From a bacterium (GTDB taxonomy: Bacteria > Zhuqueibacterota > Zhuqueibacteria > Oceanimicrobiales > Oceanimicrobiaceae), in the NCBI GenBank assembly GCA_037446635.1, contig JBBIIG010000010.1, positions 1-64,000 on the forward strand: DNA of 64,000 nucleotides, read 5' to 3'. Position numbers and translations under genes: made by a program. This document shows, one piece after another, positions 1 to 9,395 of this stretch (the stretch's first letter is position 1; the number at the start of each line of letters is the position of its first letter). A model generated the notes under the pieces. That model was not told the origin of the DNA. It searched no databases and saw only the letters and a program-made list of their open reading frames with translations.

Positions 1-2000
1 TGGGGAGTATTGTCGGCGGCCTTTACGCTATCGGGTACACCGCTCGTGAGCTCGAAGAGTTGGTGGTGGCAACCGATTGGGATGAAATTTTCTCCGATAA
101 TCTGGGCCGTCGCTCCTTTGCGATGAACCAAAAGTTGTGGGACGAGCGAACTGTTTTGACTCTACCGATCCAGAGAGGAAGAATCGTCGTGCCGTCGGGG
201 CTGAGGAGCGGGCAAAAGGTGTCTCGGCTTCTATCGCGTTTGACCCTTTCTGTACACGGAATAGATGATTTCACGGAATTCCCCATACCATTCGTTTGCC
301 TGGCGACGGATATCGAAACCGGCGAGGGGGTGCAGTTAGACAGCGGCATTCTTGCAGAAGCCATTCGCGCCAGCATGGCCATTCCGTCGGTTTTTACGCC
401 GGTGGAAATGGATGGCCGCCGTTTGGTCGATGGCGGCGAAGTGCGGACGGTTCCTGTCGTTGACGTGCTGAGCTTCCAGCCGGATATCGTAATTGCCATC
501 GACGCCACTTCCCGCTTGTATGAAAGAGAGCAGCTTTCATCTCTTTTGACGATTTACGATCAGACCATGCGCTTCCGCAAAGTGCAATCCAACCTGGAGC
601 AGCTCGCTAAAGCCGATTTGGTGATTCGGCCCGATTTCGAAGGGTTGTCGGTGGCAGATTTCAAACAGAGCAGGGTGTTCATTGAGCGCGGCGAGCAGGC
701 GGCCAGAAGGATGCTGCCAAAGCTGCAGGCGCTGGTGGACTCGCTTGGGGTTCGATGCAATTACAACATCCGACTCAAACCGCAGGCGCCGGATTTCTTT
801 TTTATCACTAATATCAAAATCGAGGGGGCGCGTGCGTCATCTGAAAAGCTGCTGCTCAAAGAGCTGGATATTCAAACGCCGGCGCTTTACACGTTGGAGG
901 AAATTGAAGAGACGGTTGATCGCATGTACAGCTTGCAGCTTTTCGAGCGCGTGGTTTACGCCATCCAACCGGATTCGGCCGGCTCAAAATTATACATCAA
1001 AGTCACGGAATCCAACCTGGACGAATTCCGGTTTGGATTGCGCTACGACAGCACCAACGACGCCGCAGTGCTGCTGAACACGTTGTTTCGTAATGTGCTG
1101 GCGCAGAACGCTTTGTTGAATTTGGATCTGAAGCTGGGCCGGCAAGTTCGTTTTGACGGACAATTTCTTTTGCCGATAGGCGTCATTCCGTCATTTGCAG
1201 TGCGCGCCCGCGTCAACTATTTTGATGACCTGATAGCCATATTTGTTGGACAAAATCGTGAAGCCCGCTTTGATGTAAAATCGACTTTTTTTGAAGGGCT
1301 GGTGGGTAATTTTTATTCGTCGCGCGTGAACGCCGCTGGCGGCTTCCGCAGCGAGTACGTCAATTCCAATCCGAACATTGCTTCTTCCTCCATTGCCTAT
1401 TCCCTTGCCTTCAGTCAAAGCACGCTTTCTTTTTTATATCAAATCTGGATCGACTCCCTGGACCGGCTCTCTTTTCCCACCAGCGGCGTCTTTGCCATTT
1501 TTAAGCACGAATTTGCCAATGAGGATGTTGCCAGCGAAAAAACATTTAGCCGCCACTTCTTTGATTTGAGAGTCGTTTTTCCGGCGAGCAAGAAAGTTTC
1601 TTTGTCAGCAGAAATACTCCTGGGGACGACGGCCGGAGACCTCCCGCCGTATTATGGTTTTTTTCTGGGTAATTTGGATCGCCCGGCGCTTTTTCCGGAT
1701 CGCTTGCTGTCATGGGTTTCGTTTGCGGGCTTGAATAATCAGGAACTGTTTGGCCAGCACGCGCAATTTTTTCAGATAGGCTTGCAGTACGAGTTTGTTC
1801 CCAAATACTTTTTGGTGCTGCGGGCCAACGCGGGCAACACCTTCGAGGAATGGAAATTGAAACTTTCACGGGAACGGTTTGCTTCCGGCGTTGGGCTGAC
1901 CGTTGGCCGGGCCACGCCGTTTGGCCCGTTGGAATTCACGGCCATGGGCGGCAGCCGCCATAATGTGCTCCTTCATGTGAATTTAGGCTACCGGTTTTGA
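1..2000 (+). CDS. Patatin-like phospholipase with POTRA and Omp85/BamA-type barrel (PlpD/type Vd-like), 5'-truncated by window edge
   Basis: Frame is open from the window start (..GSIVGGLYAIG, tail of the GxSxG motif); AIRASMAIPSVF and LVDGG patatin motifs; POTRA-like middle region; beta-strand-rich C-terminus ending ..NLGYRF. Confidence 0.85.
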   Translation, partial: GSIVGGLYAIGYTARELEELVVATDWDEIFSDNLGRRSFAMNQKLWDERTVLTLPIQRGRIVVPSGLRSGQKVSRLLSRLTLSVHGIDDFTEFPIPFVCLATDIETGEGVQLDSGILAEAIRASMAIPSVFTPVEMDGRRLVDGGEVRTVPVVDVLSFQPDIVIAIDATSRLYEREQLSSLLTIYDQTMRFRKVQSNLEQLAKADLVIRPDFEGLSVADFKQSRVFIERGEQAARRMLPKLQALVDSLGVRCNYNIRLKPQAPDFFFITNIKIEGARASSEKLLLKELDIQTPALYTLEEIEETVDRMYSLQLFERVVYAIQPDSAGSKLYIKVTESNLDEFRFGLRYDSTNDAAVLLNTLFRNVLAQNALLNLDLKLGRQVRFDGQFLLPIGVIPSFAVRARVNYFDDLIAIFVGQNREARFDVKSTFFEGLVGNFYSSRVNAAGGFRSEYVNSNPNIASSSIAYSLAFSQSTLSFLYQIWIDSLDRLSFPTSGVFAIFKHEFANEDVASEKTFSRHFFDLRVVFPASKKVSLSAEILLGTTAGDLPPYYGFFLGNLDRPALFPDRLLSWVSFAGLNNQELFGQHAQFFQIGLQYEFVPKYFLVLRANAGNTFEEWKLKLSRERFASGVGLTVGRATPFGPLEFTAMGGSRHNVLLHVNLGYRF

Positions 2001-2067
2001 AATTGTTGAAGATTGACTTTTCAAGAGGATAAAGCTATTTTGAAATCGAATTTAACGAAATTTGTCA

Positions 2068-3873
2068 ATGAGTGAAGACGTACTCATTGGTCTGGCGAGC
2101 ATCGTGTTGTTGGGCGTCAGCGCGCAATGGCTGGCGTGGCGGCTCAAGATGCCGTCCATTCTGTTTTTGCTGACGTTCGGTTTTGTCGCCGGCCCAGTGA
2201 CCGGATTTTTGCATCCGGATGAGTTGTTGGGCAACCTGCTGCAGCCTTTGGTTTCGGTTTCAGTGGCGATCATTTTGTTCGAGGGTGGGCTCAGCCTGCA
2301 TTTGAAAGAGCTGCGCGAGATTGGCCAGGTCGTCCGCAATTTGATCACCATTGGCGCGCTGATAAGCTGGGCGCTAATTGCCGCGGCTGCTTACTTGCTC
2401 TTAAAATTGAACCTGAATATTTCCATTTTGCTGGGCGCCGTTTTAGTGGTGACGGGACCAACCGTAACCGGGCCGCTGCTGCGGCACGTGCGGCCGGTGG
2501 GCCGGGTGGGCAACATCATCAAATGGGAAGGGATCACCATCGATCCGGTGGGGGCGTTGCTGGCGGTGTTGGTGTTCGAGGCCATCCTCGCCGGTGAGTT
2601 TCAAAAAGCCAGCTTGGTGGTTTTATTCGGAATACTTAAAACCATCGTTGCCGGCGTGGTTGTAGGGGTGTCGGCGGCGGCGCTGCTGGTGGTGGTGCTC
2701 AAACGTTACTGGGTGCCGGATTTTCTCCAGGAAATCGTAACCCTGATGCTGGTGATCACAGCGTTCGTGCTTTCTAACCACTTTCAGGGGGAATCCGGTT
2801 TGTTTGCGGTGACGTTGATGGGCATTGCCCTCGCCAACCAGAAAAGCGTGACCGTCAAACACATTGTCGAATTCAAAGAAAACCTGCGGGTGTTGTTCAT
2901 TTCAAGCCTGTTTATTTTGCTATCAGCGCGGCTGCATCTCAACGATTTGAATTACATCAATCTGCAAAGCCTGGCGTTTTTGGCGATTTTGATGTTTGTG
3001 ATTCGGCCGATTTCAGTGATGGTCTCATCACTCGGCGCAAAGTTAAGCTGGAAGGAGCAGGCGTTTATTTCATGGATGGCGCCGCGCGGAATTGTCGCCG
3101 CCGCCATTTCTTCCATCTTCGCGCTGCGGCTGGCCGAGGTGGGGCGGCCGCAAACCGAATATCTGGTGCCGTTGACGTTCATGGTCATTATCGGCACCGT
3201 CGCGATTTACGGCCTGACGGCTTTGCCGCTGGCGCGCTGGTTAGGGTTGGCGCAATCACACCCGCAGGGGCTGCTGATTGTTGGCGCCCACCCGTGGGCG
3301 CGGGCGCTTGCGAAAGCGGTGCAGAACGAGGGGGTCAAAGTATTGTTGGTGGACTCCAACCCCTTCAACGCCTATTCCGCGCGGATGGAGCACTTGCCGT
3401 GCATTAACGCCAACATTTTCGCGGAACACCTTTTCGACAAATTAGATCTGGATGGCATTGGGCGGTTGTTTGCCCTGACCTCCAATGATGAGGCCAATTC
3501 TTTGGCCGCTCTACACTTTCGTGAACTATTTGGCAGCGCCGAGGTTTATCAGCTTGCCCCCGCCGATCCGAATCCCGAGAGTGATGAAACGTCAACCCAC
3601 CATTTACGGGGAAGGTATCTGTTTGGAAAAGATTTGAATCATCGTAAACTTACCGAGTTGTTCGCTAGCGGCGCCGCGATCAAAACCACCAAATTGACGA
3701 AAGAATTTGACTATGAAGATTTTCAGAACCATTATAACGGACAGGCCACACCGCTGCTTTTGATTGAAGAAAACTGGAATTTGCAAGTCAACGCTGCTAA
3801 TGAGTCGCTCACGCCCAGGCCAGGACAATCTATTATTGCTTTGATTCCGGCCGAGTACGGAACGGCTGCATAA
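2068..3873 (+). CDS. CPA1/NhaP-type cation:proton antiporter with C-terminal TrkA-N-like domain
   Basis: Many TM helices; IILFEGG, VTGPTV, WEGITIDP and PRGIVAAA motifs; soluble Rossmann-like tail. Confidence 0.85.
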   Translation: MSEDVLIGLASIVLLGVSAQWLAWRLKMPSILFLLTFGFVAGPVTGFLHPDELLGNLLQPLVSVSVAIILFEGGLSLHLKELREIGQVVRNLITIGALISWALIAAAAYLLLKLNLNISILLGAVLVVTGPTVTGPLLRHVRPVGRVGNIIKWEGITIDPVGALLAVLVFEAILAGEFQKASLVVLFGILKTIVAGVVVGVSAAALLVVVLKRYWVPDFLQEIVTLMLVITAFVLSNHFQGESGLFAVTLMGIALANQKSVTVKHIVEFKENLRVLFISSLFILLSARLHLNDLNYINLQSLAFLAILMFVIRPISVMVSSLGAKLSWKEQAFISWMAPRGIVAAAISSIFALRLAEVGRPQTEYLVPLTFMVIIGTVAIYGLTALPLARWLGLAQSHPQGLLIVGAHPWARALAKAVQNEGVKVLLVDSNPFNAYSARMEHLPCINANIFAEHLFDKLDLDGIGRLFALTSNDEANSLAALHFRELFGSAEVYQLAPADPNPESDETSTHHLRGRYLFGKDLNHRKLTELFASGAAIKTTKLTKEFDYEDFQNHYNGQATPLLLIEENWNLQVNAANESLTPRPGQSIIALIPAEYGTAA

Positions 3874-3908
3874 ATTTTGAAAAAGCGCTTCAGGTGGAAA
3901 CATAAAAA

Positions 3909-4883
3909 ATGCTGAATCAAACCTGGTTGTGGATTGGATTTAACATCTTTGTGATCGCGATGCTGGCGCTGGATTTGGGCGTTTTTCATCGCAGGTCGCA
4001 CGCGGTGAAAATCAAAGAAGCGCTGATTTGGAGCGCCGTCTGGATTGGGCTGGCGCTGCTGTTCAATCTTGGAATCCTGATTTGGTCCGACGCCAATACA
4101 GCGCTCAAATTTCTCACTGGCTATCTCATCGAAAAATCACTGAGCGTGGATAATCTTTTCGTCTTCCTGATGATCTTTTCCTATTTTCAAGTGCCGGCTT
4201 CCTACCAGCACAATGTTTTGTTCTGGGGAATTCTCGGCGCGTTGATCATGCGCGCGATTTTTATTTTTGCCGGCGTTACTTTGATTGCCAAGTTTCACTG
4301 GGTGATTTATATCTTTGGCGCGTTTTTGATTTACAGCGGCATTAAAATGGCGCTCGCCAAGGATAAAGAAGTGCACCCGGAGCGCAATCCGGTTTTGAAA
4401 CTTTTCAAAAAGATCATGCCGGTCACTGACGATTATGTTGGAAACCGCTTTTTCGTCGTCCAGGCGGGCCGCCGTTTTGCGACGCCGCTGTTCATCGTCC
4501 TCATCGTCATCGAGACCACCGATGTCATGTTCGCCCTCGATTCCATTCCCGCCATCCTGGCCATCACCGTCGATCCGTTTATCGTTTACAGCTCAAACGT
4601 GTTTGCGATCCTTGGGCTGCGCGCGCTCTATTTTGCCCTCGCCGGCATCATGGGGCTGTTTCAATATTTGCACTACGGGCTTTCGGCCATTCTGGTTTTT
4701 GTGGGCATTAAAATGATTGTTGCGGAGTTTTATAAATTGCCGACCGCCATCGCGTTGGGGGTGATTGCCGCGATTTTAGCAATCTCGATCATCGCGTCCA
4801 TGATTCGCACGCGACGGGATGCCGTTAGGGAATCAGCGCCGGCCGTCGACCTAAGCCATGATGACCTTGCCACTAAAAAATAA
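3909..4883 (+). CDS. TerC/Alx family membrane protein
   Basis: EKSLSVDNLFVF and ETTDVMFALDSIPA TerC motifs. Confidence 0.9.
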   Translation: MLNQTWLWIGFNIFVIAMLALDLGVFHRRSHAVKIKEALIWSAVWIGLALLFNLGILIWSDANTALKFLTGYLIEKSLSVDNLFVFLMIFSYFQVPASYQHNVLFWGILGALIMRAIFIFAGVTLIAKFHWVIYIFGAFLIYSGIKMALAKDKEVHPERNPVLKLFKKIMPVTDDYVGNRFFVVQAGRRFATPLFIVLIVIETTDVMFALDSIPAILAITVDPFIVYSSNVFAILGLRALYFALAGIMGLFQYLHYGLSAILVFVGIKMIVAEFYKLPTAIALGVIAAILAISIIASMIRTRRDAVRESAPAVDLSHDDLATKK

Positions 4884-4959
4884 CTTGTTTTTTTTGAGAA
4901 ATGAATTAAATTGAAAACCTGCTTTTACAACCTAATTGCAGTGAAAGAGAGTATTGAGC

Positions 4960-4989
4960 TTGACAAAACAGAATTCGGGATCGGATAAT
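4960..4989 (+). promoter_or_regulatory. Putative sigma-70 promoter for the ATP-grasp/regulator pair
   Basis: TTGACA-N18-GATAAT about 185 nt upstream of the ORF. Confidence 0.4.
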
Positions 4990-5171
4990 TCTTCTTCCGA
5001 GCCTCCGTCTATGCCGTGTCGCCATTGCGATGGCAACTCCCCAAATCCCCTTCAAAAAGAAAGACGCGTGAATGTAGCACGCTGGCGCCGGTTCGCCATT
5101 CCTTCGGCATTCCATCAAAATCCGAATTTTATTCTGGGGGGCGGTGATATTCCGGAGCAAAGGGAATTTAG

Positions 5172-6179
5172 ATGTTTATGAAAACGATTTACGATTTTTG
5201 CATCGCTTCGGATTTCGAGTACGACGCGGATTTCATCAATATAATGGAAGCGGCCGCGCGTGAACAGGGGATAACCACGTTCGTCGTCTGGCCGCACAAC
5301 CTCAATGAAACCCTGCGCCGGCTGCGCCGAGAGGAAATCGGCTTCAACTTTTTTTATGATCGCGCCTCGGATTCTTCTCCGAACTTCCTGAAGCTAAATT
5401 CGTTTCTGGTTGAGCGCGGAATCCCGCTGCTGGACCCCATCGCCAAACTGCAGCGCGCCTCGGACAAAGCGACCATGCACCTGGAATTTATTTCCAAAGG
5501 CCTGATGACGCCCTACACCATCATCATCCCGCCCTACGACAAGTTCGAGCATATTTTTCTTTCGGTTTCGGACCTCGCTAAATTGGGACGGGCGTTTTTT
5601 ATCAAACCGGCCAACACCACCGGCGGCGGCATCGGCGTGGTCTCGGGCGCCGAGTCGCTGCAGGACGTGCTGCAGGCGCGCAAAAAATTCCAGGGCGACA
5701 AATACCTGCTGCAGGAAAAGGTGGCGCCGCAGGAGAAAGAAGGCCGGCGGTTCTGGTTTCGCGGATTTTACGCTTGCGGGCGGGTCGAGTTTACCTGGTG
5801 GAATGATCTCACTCATATTTACGAGATTTTAGAGAAGGAAGAGATTCAGAAATTCCGGCTGCGGCCGCTGTTCAAAATCATTCGCGAGATTGCGCAGATT
5901 TCCGGCTTGCAGTTTTTTTCCACCGAGATTGCATTGAACCCGGAAGGCAAGTTTATCATTGTCGATTACGTCAACGAGATTTGCGACATGCGCATCAAGT
6001 CGCTCCACGCCGACGGCGTGCCCGACGCCGTGGTCCGCAGCGTGGCGCGCAGCATCGTCGCGTACGTGAAAAAGAATGTTCAATTGCGAGCCGATGGCAG
6101 TTTCCAGGCCGCGCGCGCCACTGGGGTAACAACCCCTCAAAGAGCAGAGATCGAAAAGCTGCGAACCCGTGAACTATGA
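5172..6179 (+). CDS. ATP-grasp fold protein of unknown specificity
   Basis: ASDKATMH, FFIKPANTTGGGIGV, YLLQEKV and VDYVNEICD ATP-grasp-like motifs; start may be ATG 5172 or 5178. Confidence 0.7.
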   Translation: MFMKTIYDFCIASDFEYDADFINIMEAAAREQGITTFVVWPHNLNETLRRLRREEIGFNFFYDRASDSSPNFLKLNSFLVERGIPLLDPIAKLQRASDKATMHLEFISKGLMTPYTIIIPPYDKFEHIFLSVSDLAKLGRAFFIKPANTTGGGIGVVSGAESLQDVLQARKKFQGDKYLLQEKVAPQEKEGRRFWFRGFYACGRVEFTWWNDLTHIYEILEKEEIQKFRLRPLFKIIREIAQISGLQFFSTEIALNPEGKFIIVDYVNEICDMRIKSLHADGVPDAVVRSVARSIVAYVKKNVQLRADGSFQAARATGVTTPQRAEIEKLRTREL

Positions 6180-7606
6180 AATCGATTTTGGTTGTTTCAA
6201 AACATCCTGCGGCGTTTGAGGTCATTCAAAAATGCTTTAGTCAGGAATACGCCGTGGTACAGCAATCCTCGCGCGAAGATGCAATGGAACGCTTTCACAT
6301 TCAGCGCTTCGAATACACCTTTATCGATATCGAATTGCTGCGCGCCGCCGGCTCGGACAATGATTATAAAAAAGCCCTGCAGCCGTTCTGGCGAGTGTAT
6401 CCCACCGCCGATATCATTATTTTGACGCCGCAGGAACTCATCCGCGAAGCCGTGAATGCGGTGAAGGCCGGCGCCAGCAACTACCTGACCTACCCCTTGA
6501 ACCCGGATGAAGTGAAATACGTGGTGGACAGCCTCGGTGAGTTTGTGCGTTTTCAGGGCGAGCTCGATTACCTGCGCAACCGTTTCTGGCGCAGTGAATC
6601 GCATGATATTCTTCGCACCAACAGCCCGCTGATGAAAGCTGTTTTTGAAAAAGTGCAGGCGGTGGCGCAGACCGAAAGCTCCGTTCTTTTGACCGGCGAA
6701 ACCGGCACCGGCAAAGGGGTGATCGCAAAATTGATTCATCAACACAGCAGCCGCAGCCGCAACCAGTACATCAGCGTGCATTGCGGCGCCATCACCGACA
6801 CCCTGCTGGAAAGCGAATTGTTCGGCCACGAAAAAGGCGCGTTCACCGGCGCCGTCCGCCGCAAGCTGGGCAAATTTGAAATTGCGCGCGGCGGCACGAT
6901 TTTGTTAGACGAAATCGGCACCATCTCTTCCGCGATGCAGATCAAGCTGCTGCAGATTTTGCAGGATAAAACCTTCAGCCGCGTGGGCGGCGAGGAAATT
7001 CTCGAAGCGGACGTTCGCATCATCGCCGCCACCAACGCCGATTTGAAAGCGATGTCCGAGCGCGGAGAATTTCGCCGCGATTTGTATTACCGGCTGAACG
7101 TGTTTCCGATCGAGATTCCGCCGCTGCGTGAGCGCATCGAGGACATTCCGCTGCTGGTCGAAGTGTTTCTTAAGCGCCTGAACAAATTCCACTCGCGCAA
7201 TTTGGTCGATATTCATCCGGAGGTATTGAAGGCATTCGAGCGCTATTCTTGGCCGGGCAATATTCGCGAGCTGGAAAATCTTATCGAGCGCGCTTCCATT
7301 CTCGAAACTTCCTCGGTGTTGACGCCCAACAGTTTTCCGATGGAACTGTTTATCGATCAGATCGCGAAGCCCGAAAATTCAATCGATATCTCCCGGCCGC
7401 TGCACGAAGTTCGCCGCCGCGGCATCGAACAGATCGAGCGCCAATATTTGCGGGAATTGTTGAAGAAAAATAATGGCCGCATCGCGCCAACGGCCGTGGC
7501 TGCGGGCATCAGCGTGCGGCAGTTGCACAAGTTGATGACCCGCTACGAGCTTCAAAAGGAGGATTTTAAAATCCGAGCCGGCTCGGCCATTGAATCGGAA
7601 CCGTGA
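6176..7606 (+). CDS. Sigma-54-dependent transcriptional activator (NtrC-like) with atypical receiver domain
   Basis: GETGTGK Walker A, GAFTGA loop, LLDEIG, WPGNIRELEN, C-terminal Fis-type HTH; ATGA overlap with the upstream gene. Confidence 0.92.
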   Translation: MKSILVVSKHPAAFEVIQKCFSQEYAVVQQSSREDAMERFHIQRFEYTFIDIELLRAAGSDNDYKKALQPFWRVYPTADIIILTPQELIREAVNAVKAGASNYLTYPLNPDEVKYVVDSLGEFVRFQGELDYLRNRFWRSESHDILRTNSPLMKAVFEKVQAVAQTESSVLLTGETGTGKGVIAKLIHQHSSRSRNQYISVHCGAITDTLLESELFGHEKGAFTGAVRRKLGKFEIARGGTILLDEIGTISSAMQIKLLQILQDKTFSRVGGEEILEADVRIIAATNADLKAMSERGEFRRDLYYRLNVFPIEIPPLRERIEDIPLLVEVFLKRLNKFHSRNLVDIHPEVLKAFERYSWPGNIRELENLIERASILETSSVLTPNSFPMELFIDQIAKPENSIDISRPLHEVRRRGIEQIERQYLRELLKKNNGRIAPTAVAAGISVRQLHKLMTRYELQKEDFKIRAGSAIESEP

Positions 7607-7811
7607 GTTCCGATGCGATTAAAATCGGCACGAATAGTTCTACTCTTTTTGTAGGATAACAATATATAGTACTGTCGAACCGATTTTAGTTGAATTTGTA
7701 GCTAAATCTGTTCATAGATGAAAACCAGCGCGGGTTTGAAGGGAGGTTAGTCAAGCTTAAATTTCAAGATTTATCTATGAAAATTCAAAAAATCGGAACT
7801 TTCAGTTCCGA
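7595..7811. promoter_or_regulatory. Three palindromic sites TCGGAAC-N5-GTTCCGA, candidate enhancer (UAS)
   Basis: Perfect copies at 7595-7613 and 7793-7811; degenerate copy TCGGCAC-N5-GTTCTAC at 7625-7643. Confidence 0.6.
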
Positions 7812-7867
7812 AGGATAAAATTCATTCAAACCATCTAACTATTTGTATTTCAAGCTATTTCGCCAAT

Positions 7868-7883
7868 TGGCACGATCATTGTT
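7868..7883 (+). promoter_or_regulatory. Sigma-54 -24/-12 promoter (variant -12 TTGT)
   Basis: TGGCAC-GATCA-TTGTT about 58 nt upstream of the KamA-like ATG, next to a sigma-54 activator gene. Confidence 0.65.
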
Positions 7884-7940
7884 AGAAAGCAACGCCAAAA
7901 TTTAATTTGAAATTTACCTATTAAACCAAGGAGTATAAAA

Positions 7941-9395
7941 ATGAAAGCCCAGATTTTGACGAGCGAATCCGAGGAGCCTCCCAGTAGTCTCAAACGCGTT
8001 GTTAATTTGAGTCCGGCTGGTTTTAGTTCCCACCCCCTCACTGTTGACACCCCGTTCGTCCCTCGTACAAAAAATCCTGTTGAAAATGTCCCGCGCGTTC
8101 AAATCGTCCCCGTAAACGAGCGCCGCAAATCCAATGGCAAGGCCAATGGCACCAGTGCGATTGCGCCGAAAAACGGCGCGGCGGCCGGCGGCGAAACCGC
8201 GGCCTTTGTGATCAGCGAGCGCTCGCGCGCCTTTCGCGATCGCTTCTTTCCGCAGGCCAGCGACGCCGAGTGGAACGACTGGCGCTGGCAGGTGCGCAAT
8301 CGCATCAAAGATTTGGCCGAATTGGAGCGCATCGTGCTACTTTCGGAGGATGAGCGCGAGGCCATTCAGCGCCACACCGGGCCGTTGCCGGTGGGCATCA
8401 ATCCCTACTATGCCAGTTTGCTCGATCCAGACAATCCGATGCAGCCATTGCGCCGCACGGTTGTCATGGTGAAAGACGAATATAAAATCACCCCGGATGA
8501 AGCCGCCGACCCGCTCGGTGAGGACAGCCACACCGTGGTGCCGGGGCTGGTTCATCGCTACCCCGATCGCGTGCTATTTTTGGTCACCGGGTTTTGCACG
8601 GTTTATTGCCGTTACTGCACGCGCTCGCGCATGGTGGGCAACCCCGGCGGCGAGTACCGTTTCAACACCAATCAGTGGGAAGCGGCGCTGCACTACATCG
8701 AAAGCCATCCGGAGATTCGCGATGTGCTGCTCTCCGGCGGCGACCCGCTGACGCTGGCGGATGATCGTCTCGAGTGGTTGCTGTCGCGGCTGCGCCAAAT
8801 CCCCCACGTAGAATTTCTGCGCATCGGTTCGAAGGTGCCGGTGGTGCTGCCGCAGCGCATCACGCCGGAGCTCACGGCGATGTTGAAAAAATATCACCCT
8901 TTGTGGATGAGCGTTCACTTCAATCACCCGGTGGAGCTGACGCCGGAAGTGGCGCAGGCCTGCACGCGGCTGGCGGATGCCGGCATCCCGCTGGGCAGCC
9001 AAACGGTGCTGCTCAAGGGGGTCAACGACGACGTGGAAACCATGAAGCGCCTCAACCAGGGCCTGCTGAAAATTCGCGTGAAGCCGTACTACCTCTACCA
9101 GTGCGATCCGGTGGCCGGCTCGTCGCACTTCCGAACCTCTATTCAAAAAGGATTGGAGATCATCGAAGGCTTGCGCGGCCACACCACCGGCTACGCGGTT
9201 CCCAACTACGTGGTGGACGCCCCGGGCGGCGGCGGCAAAATTCCGCTGCTGCCGGAGTACGTCGTTGGCCGCGACGGCGACGATCTGCTGCTGCGAAATT
9301 ATGAAGGTAAAGTTTACCGCTATCACGATCCGGACGGCAAAGTCGGCTTGAAGCAAAATTTCAACTCGAATGGAAAAAACGGGAAGGTGCAATGA
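7941..9395 (+). CDS. kamA: KamA-family radical SAM/PLP enzyme (lysine 2,3-aminomutase-like)
   Basis: CTVYCRYC SAM motif, LVHRYPDRVL, LLSGGDPL, YLYQCD, VVDAPGGGGK (PLP lysine). Confidence 0.9.
   Translation: MKAQILTSESEEPPSSLKRVVNLSPAGFSSHPLTVDTPFVPRTKNPVENVPRVQIVPVNERRKSNGKANGTSAIAPKNGAAAGGETAAFVISERSRAFRDRFFPQASDAEWNDWRWQVRNRIKDLAELERIVLLSEDEREAIQRHTGPLPVGINPYYASLLDPDNPMQPLRRTVVMVKDEYKITPDEAADPLGEDSHTVVPGLVHRYPDRVLFLVTGFCTVYCRYCTRSRMVGNPGGEYRFNTNQWEAALHYIESHPEIRDVLLSGGDPLTLADDRLEWLLSRLRQIPHVEFLRIGSKVPVVLPQRITPELTAMLKKYHPLWMSVHFNHPVELTPEVAQACTRLADAGIPLGSQTVLLKGVNDDVETMKRLNQGLLKIRVKPYYLYQCDPVAGSSHFRTSIQKGLEIIEGLRGHTTGYAVPNYVVDAPGGGGKIPLLPEYVVGRDGDDLLLRNYEGKVYRYHDPDGKVGLKQNFNSNGKNGKVQ

Noticed and set aside
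3874..3908. yybP-ykoY riboswitch before terC
   Set aside because: The intergenic gap is only 35 bp
4954..5181. 75-aa ORF as a RiPP precursor for the ATP-grasp enzyme, or a riboswitch leader
   Set aside because: Its TTG start lies at the predicted promoter, there is no RBS and no graspetide-like core or repeat, and I recognise no riboswitch motif; not excluded but unsupported
7941..9395. EF-P beta-lysylation enzyme EpmB or lysine fermentation
   Set aside because: No efp/epmA or kamDE genes nearby; length and motifs fit the KamA-type clade, and the neighbours are ATP-grasp ligases
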